NCBI RefSeq assembly: GCF_009914755.1
Contig: NC_060927.1
DNA length: 64,000 nucleotides
Source: the human T2T-CHM13v2.0 reference genome, Homo sapiens
Direction: 5' to 3' (one strand)
How positions within the stretch are numbered: the stretch's first letter is position 1; the number at the start of each line of letters is the position of its first letter. The notes beneath the pieces are model-generated. The model saw nothing but the letters and a program-made list of their open reading frames with translations. It did no database searches and was not told where the DNA came from. Below, piece by piece: positions 52,034 to 64,000 of the stretch. The position numbers and the translations under genes are program-made.

Positions 52034-55000
52034 ACTAGAATGTAGTAAGAGTTCAATAAATAGTTGTCCATGTTCTTTTTCCTTCTCCTAAATGTCCTTG
52101 GACAAATATCCCTAGGAGTATAGTTTCTAAATCAAAGAACATGAATTTCCCTATGGTGAAGCTCATAACTTTCAAAATGGTATGTATTTATATTTAAGTA
52201 GAGTTAACACCTCTCAAAATGCCTTCACAAATACCTATACCTTTTGAAAGCAGTCTTTTCCTCCTTTTAATTACTGAATAACTAGTTTAGAATAATAATG
52301 TCACATAATATGCACTCAATAAATATAGTTGTTGAGTGAATGAATGATTGAATGATTGTGCAGTGAAATATCTGAGCAAATATCCTTTCCATTTTACACA
52401 TGGAAATTTCGAGCCATTCAGTAAATTGTCAGTAAATTTCCACCCAGTTGTCCAAGCCTAAGTTTTATTCAATATTGTCATTGACAAATATTTTAAAGTT
52501 ATAATCATGAAGAAAACAGCATTATCTCTAAAGATCAACATAGAAATATCTATCTCTAGTCCATGACAAATTTTACTGAAGTTACTGCTTGGAGCAATAT
52601 ATATATATAATATTATACATATACATTATGTGAACATACCATATATGAACACTGCAGGTATATTTAATCATATATCTAAAATAATACTTGATAGTAGGGT
52701 AATAGATACACTTACATCTGGATGAAGGCCACGGCCAGAGATATGTTACTTCACTTCAAAAAATATATGGAAGATAATGCCAAATTAGCAAACTTTTTAT
52801 TATAAAAATTGTAGAAATGGAGCAGAGATTGAATGAAGGATTGAAATATGTGAAACTTTAAAGGTCTCTCATAAGGGTATGTATAATGTTGGAGAAGAAA
52901 TGTGAAGTAAGAGATGAAGGTTATTTAGCTCTTCCTATGTGAAAGCACTTATGAAGAATTTCCTCCCAGGAATGCATTAATTAAGGTGATTAACACTAGT
53001 TGTCGCAATAAACAGATTCCAGATTTCAGTGGTTTAACACTGCTCAATACAGGTTAGGATGTCTTCTTTCATCTTCTTATTGTACTTTATGAGACAAATG
53101 GATTTCAAACTGCCATGACAGTGGAAGACAAAGACAGAAGCATCATCCTAGATATTAACTACATTGCCCTAAAAATTGCCATGAGAATCTCCTGTTCCTA
53201 GGACTTTTTTCTTGACAAGTGTAATATAATTTCAGACATTCGGTAACGATATTAATACTCTGTTATAATCTGAAGACCTAGGACCCTAAATACTGCCCAA
53301 AATGGATTCATACCTTCCATTGAAGATCCTAAGGAAAATTTGTAAACAAGCACACTCACAAAGGGAAATTAAAGGCTGATTTTATTGTTAGCTGGACTTG
53401 TGCCCATAACTACAATGCACAGCATTCTGGAAAAGTGATCTAACCCATAGCCTTCAAAGGTATTTCCCTCTGCTTGTGTCTAAATTTTCCCATAGGCCAG
53501 CTTTTAGAAGCTAATTGATTATTGAGCCACAGTACACTGTGAGAAACTGAAACATTTCAAGACAGATGATCTAAGCTGTTCTACTGACGTTGCAGCATAA
53601 GCAGAAAAGCCAAAATGCAGCTCCAGAACTATCTAAAACTTCCCTCAGAGGAGGCCCCAGAATGGCTTCCTGTTTTGACATCCAGGAACCCAGAGGAAAG
53701 AGAGAGGGAGAATACACTGGAAAGGATGACATCCATGTCTATGTGTATGCCCTTTTAGTGCACAATTGTCTGTCCCACGAGTTAAATGGTCTAATTAGAG
53801 TTCCAAAATATAACTCAATAAAATGAGCTGCTTTTTTACTTGAGAGGAACTGACAGTGGGAATTGCATGGAGGAGTGCATCTTTCCTGCTGCGTTTGGGA
53901 CCATCAGGGAGCCAGCTGGCTCTTGTCTCTCGGCTAGACTTTGTATTGAATTCTAATACACTGTGTGTCTACATTTGCTTAAACATCTATGTTTTCCCAG
54001 AAGTGTTTTTTTTAAAAGTGGTTTTCACCGAGCAGAGGAAAAAGGTTATATAAATGCTAATTTGATATGAACTTGAATTAAATTTATGTAGAAACTGACA
54101 AAAATTCTTGAGGCAGTTGCTTAAGTTCTTTCTTTATGGGATGGCTGAAGCTTTGTGACATACAAGGGGCTCAAAGAAAGAAGAGTCAGAACACTATCCT
54201 TCAGTAAAATGTTGCGGGTGCCGGGTGAGCTGTGCATTTTGTGTCTAATGTAATTCCAAGAAAAATCATTTATTTTTGGATTCTAAACCCTCTCTGAATG
54301 CAACAGAACAATGCAACCCTCTTCTTGAAGGAATCTGCAGAAACTAAATATCACCACTTTATTCTACAATTAGAAGATAATTCTTAACTTTATTTTTAAC
54401 CCATCACTTATAGCTGTATGCGCCAATTTAAACACACCCTGTGAACTAACTTTATATATTATTATATGTTAATGTTAATCTCATCTACACAATACTATTA
54501 AACCAGGCAAAATGGTGAGGATCAATTTGGTATTTGTCACCTTCCTGTCAAATCTGTGGAAATTATGAAGCTAGATATTTATAAGAAATAATGGAAATTC
54601 ACTAAAATATTCTGAAAACAAAGAGTCTGTTGAGAATCACAATTAGGTAAATAACACAATACATTTTGATTCTTCTATTAATGTAATTTTGTATGCTAGG
54701 CTTGATTAGGAAATATATCCAGGTTTTTAATAGAAAAAAGCAAGAATTGGACTATTGTTTCTGTTATAAACTATCTTGATCTAATTCTTTAGTTTTTATA
54801 ATAATGATGCAAAAATATCACCATAAGTTTAATTGTTTGATGATATTAACTGAATTATGAGACATATTATTTTTGTTTGTAAATTATTATATGAAATACA
54901 AAATAAAATGGTTATGTGCGGTAATAGCCAAGGGTCACAAAAGCCTGAAAAGACTAGGATGTGTGTGTGCGTTGTGTGTATGTGTATATGTATAGGTGTG

Positions 55001-55835
55001 CATGTGTGTTTGCTTATATACATGTTTATTTGTGTAATAGTATAATAAGCAGTAGGAATGGAGAAATAAAACTACTGTTGTTTGGATATTTACTCTCTTC
55101 TAGGCAGTGTTCTGGATACTTTTTAGTTATTCTTCCATTCTCTGCCTACTTTACATTCAGTGCATTTAAGGGGTTAATGATCCATCCAACTACAGCAATA
55201 TTTTGTCACTAAATTCATTCTGATTTGGTATACTTGGTGGTTTTAAAATCAATACATACTTCATCTTTTGGCAGTGCCTTTACTTTTTGAAGTTAGTATA
55301 AATGAGTATAAATGCTGTTTAAGTATAAACAAATCTTTTAGTCCCGGAGGAAGACTGAAATTAGCATATATAGTAAACATCTTTACTTAGAAAAAGAAGT
55401 TATTTTTGTTTGTGGTTTTCTAGATTTAAGAAATGTGTCTATGTGTATAGTTACACAAATACGTTATCTCAAATCATATTTACAGTGTATTAAAATGGAT
55501 ACTTTACATAATTTCAAATATAGTATGTACAGGGGCTAGCATTAAAGCTACAAATAGTTGAGTCCAGGTCTACCAAAAGTGGATACAAGACACTTTCTCC
55601 TTTTTCCAGAAAGGAAAATTGTCTGTTATGTCCTGCCTCTTCTATCCTTGCCTAGAGTAAATTTCTATTAGTATTTGCAATCAATCAGCTTAATGCTCTA
55701 TTTATCTTATTGAGAGATGACTTCTCTTTAATTTTTATAGGTTAATTAATTTAGATAACTAGATCATATGGAAGCATCTAAATGCATGCAAACCAGAAGA
55801 ATTTCTCTGACTGTCTCGGGTTACCTGATCATGGC

Positions 55836-56242
55836 TGTCACACTTTGGATTCTGAAGGAAGCAGACTCTAAGAATGAGTTTGGCATGCACTAAGTTGATT
55901 GGGGAATATTCTTGGAAAGGAAGGAAGCAGGAGTAGGCAGAGGGAGAATTGGGCTGCTACATAGCCTCGATGGAGACCTCTGCTGATGCCGCAGAGAATT
56001 CTGGAGCTAGAATAACCCTTCAGTGTTGTACTGAGTTAGGATAAGGGGAATGAGTCTTTAGAGCCCTGGGTCAGTCATTCTATCCAAACCACTCCAATAA
56101 AAGAGCATTCAGCTTTCTTCAGCTAAGCAGCCCTCACGTGGGTTGTCAGCTAGGGCTTTCTGCTGACAGCACTATCAGCAGCTGGGAGAATAAGTCCATC
56201 ATTCCTGAAAGGCAAGCCCATGGTATCTTACAATATCCACCA
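55836..56242. mobile_element. Old ERVL LTR (LTR16/LTR33-like)
   Basis: ggaagcagactctaag...ggaaggaagcaggagtaggcagagggagaa...ctggagctag; same family as 12747-13090. Confidence 0.65.
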
Positions 56243-56454
56243 AAAAGACCAGTAATATATCCATTTCTGAGAAATTAATTATTGAGCTAATAACACAGGA
56301 GAAGGCAAAATGGTAAGAATTTATTCATCCTAGAGACAAATGAGTAGGTATCACAAACATAATGATCAGGAAAAGAAGCCAGTCACAAAAGAGTATACAT
56401 GTTATAATTCCATTTTCCTAAGATTAAAGCAAACAAAGCACACAGATACACGCC

Positions 56455-56484
56455 TGCGTATGTGCGCGTGCGTGCGCGCGCGCG

Positions 56485-56522
<38 letters not shown>
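56455..56522. repeat. Compound alternating purine-pyrimidine repeat including (CG)9(CA)15
   Basis: (CG)9 at 56475-56492 and (CA)15 at 56493-56522; unbroken alternation from 56455. Confidence 0.95.
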
Positions 56523-56525
<3 letters not shown>

Positions 56526-56714
56526 CTAAAATTAATGTGTGGGTTTTAGAAGACTCAGGATAATGTTTACATTTAGTTTTCTTTTTTTAATTTGGTAGAA
56601 TTTTTGTCATTAATTTGTTCATTTTGTTGTTATTTATAAGTATAAAGAATTTTTAAACACAAATAATCTATACTTAATTTTGTGTGTGTATTTATTTATT
56701 TAAGAAGCATAATA

Positions 56715-57016
56715 GGCCAGGCGTAGTGGCTCACGCCTGTAATCCCAACCCTTTGGGAAGCCGAGGCGGGTGGATCTCCTGAAATCAGGAGTTGAAGACC
56801 ACCCTGGGCAACATGGTGAAACCCCGTCTCTACTAAAATACAAAAAATTAGCTGGGCATGGTGGCGTGAGTCTGTAGTCCCAGCTACTCAGGAGGCTGGG
56901 CACGAGAATCGCTTGAGCCCTGGAGGCGGAGGTTGCAGTGAGCCGCGATTGCACCACTGCACTCCAGCTTGGGCCACAGAGTAAGACTCTGACTAAAAAA
57001 AAAAAAAAAAAAAAAA
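56715..57016 (+). mobile_element. AluS (Sz/Sx-like)
   Basis: Full dimer with A-tail; TSD aagaagca...taata. Confidence 0.92.
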
Positions 57017-58502
57017 GAAGCAGCAGCAGCAGCTTAATAATAAACATAATTGAAGTCAAAACTAGTGCTCCATAAGAATTTTTTTTTATTTAAGAAGGAC
57101 CTATCAGTTTTTTAAGCGTTTGAAATGCTGTTTTGTGGAAATTCAGTTGGGCAGAAGCCAATCTTTGGTCAGATGAGTATAAGCAGGTAGGAAAATGGAA
57201 GTTAGATTACCAGAGCTGAAAGGGAAAATGTGGAATCAGAGCTATGGGGCCTGAAACCAACACTGGAGAAGATGCGGCTTAATACTAAATACTAAAGACA
57301 GCTAACATATGACGATTGGGATGATTTTTCACAGAAGGATAACTATCACAACTGCCATATATTGAAGACTTTCATGGGTCAGACACTCTGGTAAGTGTTT
57401 TAAAAATATTATCTAAAATTTAAGAACAAAGAAGATTATATTTTTTTTGAAGTTTTACTGAGGAAGGCATTGAAGCTCAAAATAACTAAGTAATCTAATG
57501 TCACAAAACAAAGTGTTTCAGCCAAAAGCCATTCCAAGTCAATTCGAAAGAAAGTTTCTACCTTCACACAAGGCAACAATAACCTGGAGGTGATTTAAAA
57601 TATATGTATATGAAAATAATAAATGTATTTAGTCACAACAGCTGTGACACAAACCATAAGAAATAGACAACCTCAAATGAGAGAAGATCTGATTGAGTAG
57701 TCATTCAATTCTAAGGCCATTCTGCTCAGGCATTACACATACTTTGGCTTCCTTTTTTCTCATTTTAATCAGCAGGAGAATTTACTTGGAAGCAAAATCT
57801 TTGGTTTCTTAACTATTATTACCCACCTGAAGTCATCATTTCTGTTTATTACATCATAATCATCTCTACTTGCCACCAATTGTACATTCCCAAAGAGCAA
57901 ATTATGATTTCAAGTGAAGACAATGGAACAGGAACAGATGTGCTACTGAAAGAGAGACATCCTATTATCCTGGAAATGTACTCCATAATGAAGAACAAGG
58001 GGAAAAAGATCAGAAGGTATTGTCATATATCAAAATAAAGTCTGTTCTAGCAGCAGGATTACATTTAGAGAGATCTGCTGATGTTTCCATGCACCATTCA
58101 TAGTGCTTTATGCTTGACATTTGCATACTAGAGAAATAGCAAAATTAGACCAAAAAAAAAAAATCCATATGCACAATTTTTGGCAAATCTCTTAGTATAG
58201 CCTTTGCTGCAATTTCCTTTATCCTCATTTGGTCTTGTCACACCATATTGACCCTGCTTCCAATTGCGGCACTTCTGTGTGGTTCTGACTTTCTTTTTCC
58301 CAAGACCTCCGTTGAATTGCACCACCAGCTATTTTAATGATCTTCATAAAATATCTGTGTCTTTTAACCCTAAGGAAGTGAAGCTGACAGAATGAAGACT
58401 GTGTAACTATTCAAATTGTTTTTAAAAACTGATGTTTGTGGTTACTCGGACTGTGAAGCATGTGTTTTATATCAATTCACTCATAAATGCAGTATTCACT
58501 TA

Positions 58503-58801
<299 letters not shown>

Positions 58802-58967
58802 TCACTTAATATGTGTCAGACAATGTCTGGTAAACTAAAGGTACAGAGATTAAAGACCTGTTACGTAAATTCAATGAGTCCATAGTAGAGTGAGGGAGAC
58901 AGATAAGGTAATAGATAATCACAAAACAGTGGCTTAGTGCTATGACAAAGAGATTCGCTGTATCTGA

Positions 58968-59279
<312 letters not shown>

Positions 59280-61013
59280 TGGAAGCTTCTTATAAATACA
59301 GACGAAGAGGTTAATTCAGACTGACTGGGAAAGAGTAAAAATGAGCTAAACAGTGTTTGCAAAGGTACAGAGATAAAATAAAGCAAGAATGTGTTAGGGA
59401 CAGAGCCGAGTAGTAATATAAATATATTTAGGCAGTTGGTTGTGGAAGCGTCTGACGAAGATATCAAGGGGGGCAAGAAAGGACCAAATGAGCTTTTTAA
59501 TCAAAATCAATGTGCACAGACTTTTGTCCTATCTCTAGAGTCACTCTAAGAAAATTCCTAAACTAAACCTGCTGCCGGTGTTCCCAGAGCCCATGAAGGC
59601 CCAGTGAGGACCACTGTATTTTCTTCTCCATGAGCTACCCTTTTAGCTCCCTTTGAATTTCCTAGGCTTGGAATAGCTTGTGCTATTTCTATGCCAATAG
59701 AAACATTGCCATCTCCTTTCTATTTCCTTCTGTTAATTTCTCCTTTCCTGTTGACCCAGTAAATTGACTTTGATTAAATAAGGTTAACTTATTTTTAACA
59801 TCATTATACCTGAAAAATCCCTGGAGTGATATCGCATCATATCCATGTCTTCTGCTCACATTCAGGGAAAAGGATGATATGAGATATATATATGTATACA
59901 CACACCAGGGGGGCAGGAATCTTGAGAACTGTCTTAGAATTCTGTCTACCACATGGACTATCCCATAATGCCTATCACACAGTTCTTTACACAGTAGATA
60001 ATATATATCTGTTCATTGATTTAGGATATGCATTATATAGCTTCAAAATTATATATATTGTATATAACAAATTAAATAAATAATATTTACCCAAGTTACA
60101 TAAATAATATGTTTAAATGTTGTAATATTTCTTCTCCTCACAGGGAAAAAGGTCCTTAAGTTCTCTGTAGGTCTGTATTTATTTTATCTTTATAAATCAT
60201 AATAGCTAATATTATTTGACTCTTTCCACGCTGCTATGCCTTCTGTCAAATGTGAAATTATTTAATGATTTGAACAGTCTTGAGTCCTGGAGGTGAGGCA
60301 GAACAGGCTTAGGTTTGTGGGCAGATTCATCTTGATTTTCAGAATCTACAATGAATCTACTATAGGAAGAACTTTATGATTGTTCTAAGGGGAGAAAATT
60401 TTCTAATTTCTTTAAATATTTCTCTTAGGGAAGAAGTTAAGGACTCTAAACATTTCTTTCTTTAATCCTGACACTCACAGACAGGTGTTCTTCTATTGTT
60501 TTTGTGGGAACACACACGAAAAAAATAAGCATATGCTAATTCTCAGCAAAGTATGTACTGATACTTCATGTTCAGCTTTCTTACTAAAAACATGCAACCT
60601 ACATACCTGCAAAGTTTGGCTTGTCTTATGTACAAACCTAAAAGTCATAAACTGTTTATTATCCATACGGTTGTTCTCAGGATTGCTATATTGATATTTT
60701 ATATTATCAAGGAGCTTAAATGCTACGTGGAGATTTTTTATACTGGTCTCCCATAATCAGCATATGCAATGAACACATACGCAGAAGATTTACAAAACTT
60801 GTATTTTATTAAATCCCATACAAAGAGAGATAAAAAAGAAAATAAAGTTTACTGTAAATCTATTATGTGTATCTATAGAAATATGAATGTAAGTGAAAAT
60901 TGATAGCTACTCTAACACCACTTTACCATAATTTGTATTACAGAGCAAAGTTTCTTATGTCCATGTAGTTCAGAGAGTGATGCTGACAAAAAGTGACAGA
61001 CAGGTATAATAGT

Positions 61014-61369
61014 TGTATTAGTCTGTTCTTACGCTGCTAATAAAGACACACTAGAGACTGGGTAATTTATAAAAGAAAGAGGTTTAATGGACTCACAGTT
61101 CCATGTGGCTGGGGAGGCCTCACAAGCATGGTGGAAGGCAAAGGAGAAACAAAGGCATGTCTTACATGGTGGCGGGCAAGAGAGCTTGTGCAGGGGAACT
61201 CCCATTTATAAAACCACCAGATCTCAAGAAATTTATTCACTGCCATGAGAACAGTATTGGGGAACCCCCCCACCATAATTCAATTATCTGCACCTGGCCC
61301 TGCCCTTGACAAGTGGGATTATTACAATTCAAGGTGAGATTTGGGTGGGGACACAACAAAACTATATCA
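61014..61369 (-). mobile_element. THE1 (B/C-like) MaLR solo LTR
   Basis: tgtattagtctgttct...gagatttgggtggggacac...ctatatca; 5-bp TSD ATAGT at 61009-61013 and 61370-61374. Confidence 0.92.
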
Positions 61370-61459
61370 ATAGTGTAGCATGGTTTTTGTCAACTATTTG
61401 AAAAAATACTTCAAAATGAAATAAATGACATTGGCTGTTAACATTTCCATTAATATATA

Positions 61460-63929
61460 CTGGCATACCTGATTTGATTGCTATTCACTTTACTGTGTTT
61501 TACAGATATGCTTTTTTACAAATTGAGGTTTGTGGATAAAATGCATCAAGTAAGTCTTTGGTGCCATTTTTTTTCCAACAGCATGGGCTCACTTCATGTT
61601 TCTGTGTCACATGTTGGCAAGTCTCAACATATTGTTTCAATCATTTTAATTGTTATATCTGTTATGATGATCTGTGATCAGTAATCTTTGAGATTACTAT
61701 TGTAATTGTTTCGGGGTACTAAGAAATGCATCCATATGAGACAGCAAATTTAATCCATAAAGATAGAGTGTGTTTTGACTGCTCTACTGGTTGACTGTTC
61801 CCTCATCCCTCTCATCCTCTTTGGACCTCCCTATTTCCTGAGATACAATCACATTGAAATTAAGCCAGTTAATAACCCTCCAATGGCATATAAGTGTTCA
61901 GGTGAAAGGAAGAGTCACATGTCTTGCACTTTAAATCAAAAGCTAGAAATGATTCAGCTTAATGAGGAAGGCCATGTTGAAAACAAACATATGCCAAAAG
62001 CTAGGTGTCTGGATGTCACCAAACAGCTAGTGAATTTGGGAATGAACAGAAAACATGCTGAAGAAAATTAAAAGTGCTACTCCAGTAAACACACAAATAA
62101 TAAGAAAGCAAAACTTCCTTATTACTGATATGAAGAAAGTTGTACTGATCAGGACAGAAGACCAAACTAACCACAACATTCCCTTAAGCCAAAGCCTAAT
62201 CCAGAGCAAGGATTTTTAACTCTTTTCAATTCTTAAAAAAAAACAAAACAAAACAAAAAAAAACTCTTTTCAATTCTATGAAGACTGAGAGAAGTGAGAA
62301 AGCCATAGAAGAAAAGTTGGAAGCTAGAAGAAATTTGTTCATGAGTTTTAAGAAAAGAAGCCATCTCTATAACATAAAAGTGCAAGGTGATGCAGTGAAT
62401 ACTGGTGTCTCAATAATTTGCTGCAGCAAATTATTGAGAGGACCTAGCTCGGCAATTGTTGAAGCTGACTACACTATTCAAGATATGTTCAATGTAGATG
62501 AAACAGCCTTCTACTCAAAGCAGATGCCATCTAGGACTTGCATAGCTAGAGAGGAGAAATTGATACCTGGGTTTGATGCAAAACTTCAAAGTTTAGAATG
62601 ATTCTCTTCCTGGGGGCTAGTGCAACTTGTAACTTTAAGTTGAAGTTCAACGCTTATCAAACATTCCAAAATCCTAGAGATCTTAGCAGTTATGCCAAGC
62701 CTACTTTGCCTGTATTCTCTAAATGAAACAAAGCCAGGATCACAGTATACCTGTTTACATAATGGTTTACTAAATATTTTTTACCAACCATTGAGACTCA
62801 CTGCTCAGAAAAAAGAATTTCTTTCAAAACATTACTGCTCATTGTCAATGCATTAGTTCACCCAAGAGTTCTGATGGAGATGTACGAGGAGATTACTGCT
62901 GTTTTCATGCCTACTAATACACACCCATTCTGCAGCCCATGGATCCAGAAATAATTTTGACTTTCAAGTATTATTTTTTAAAAAATAACATTTAGTAAGG
63001 CTATAGCTGCCATAGACAGTTATTCCTTTATGAATCTAGAAAAAGTAAATTGAAAACTTTTTAGAAAGGATTTGTTATTCTAGATTACGTAAAGAACATT
63101 TGTGATCCATGAAGGATGTTTAGATATCAACATTAAGAGGTATGTGGAAGAAGTTGTTTCCAACCCTCATGGAAGACTTTCAGGGGTTCAAAACTTCAGG
63201 GGAGGAAGTCACTGCAAATATGGTGGAAATAGCAACAGAACAGAACTAGAATTAGAAATAGAGCCTAAAGATGTGAGTGAATTGCTGCAATCTCATAATA
63301 AAACTTGAACAGATGAGGAGTTGCTTCTGTGGATCAACATAGGAAGTGATTTCTTTAGATGAAATCTACTCCTGGTGAAATGCTGTGAACATTGTTGAAA
63401 TGACAATGAAAAACTTAGAATATGATATAAACCTAGTTGACAAAGCAGCAGCAGGATATGAGATTGACTTCAATTTTGAAAAAAGCTCTACTCTGAGTAA
63501 AATGCTATCAAACAGCATCACATGCCATAGAAAAATCTTTTGTGAAAGGGAGAGTCATTCCATGTAGCAAAATTTATTAGCCTTATTTTAAGAAATTGCC
63601 ATAGCCACTTCAGCTTTCAGCAACCACCACTCTGATAAGTTAGAAGCCAGCCATCAACATCAAGGCAAGATTCTCTACCAGCAAAAATATCATGACTCAT
63701 GGAAGGCTCAGATGATCATCAGCATTTTTCAGCAATAAAGTATTTTTAATTAAGATAGGTATTTTTTTAGACATAATGCTTTTACATAGTTAATAGTCTA
63801 CAGTATAGTGTAAACATAACTTTTATATCCACTGTGAAACCAAAAAATTTGTGTGACTTGCTTTATTGTGATATTCATTTTATTGTGGTGGTCTTGAACT
63901 GGACCTGCAACATGTTTGAGGTATTTGTG
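61460..63929 (+). mobile_element. Full-length Tigger1 (TcMar) with a pseudogenised transposase
   Basis: TIRs ctggcatacct / aggtatttgtg flanked by TA. ORF fragments give KCSGERKSHMSCTLNQKLEMIQL (N-terminal HTH) and FNVDETAFYSKQMPSRT (first DDE aspartate); multiple frameshifts and stops. Confidence 0.95.
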
Positions 63930-64000
63930 TATTAATATTTACAACTAATGTTGACCTAAATTACTTAGAATTGAAATGTTAACATCTGCTAAATTTTAAT

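Noticed and set aside
61775-63567. Possible domesticated TIGD1-like transposase gene
   Set aside because: The frame is broken by many frameshifts, stops and a poly(A) insertion; an ordinary decayed Tigger1.

Overview
AT-rich, CpG-depleted, repeat-dominated primate genomic DNA. AluS/AluY, MER11, MER41, THE1 and L1PA/L1PB elements point to a catarrhine, probably human or ape. It reads as gene desert or deep intron. I found no supportable host protein-coding exon, RNA gene or CpG island. The ORFs I could assign are decayed transposon fragments, Alu read-throughs or microsatellite artefacts; the rest look like noise. Main structures: (1) a full-length minus-strand L1PB with a 16-bp TSD (2553-8803); (2) a full-length Charlie5-type hAT transposon carrying nested L1MA, L1PA and two Alus (22007-27969); (3) a full-length Tigger1 (61460-63929); (4) many solo LTRs (MER11, MLT2A, MER61, MER41, THE1, MLT1, ERVL), MIR/L2 relics and small DNA transposons. 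Best leads: a strand-biased pre-miRNA-like hairpin inside a MER102-like hAT relic (11283-11354); a MER41 LTR with both STAT1 GAS motifs intact; a MER61 LTR with a p53 site bearing one core mismatch; a close inverted Alu pair; a poly(A)-only retro-insertion with a perfect TSD; and several repeat-free enhancer-like blocks. I see no convincing evidence of a new multi-gene biological system. Subfamily names come from recalled consensus sequences, not from a RepeatMasker run.
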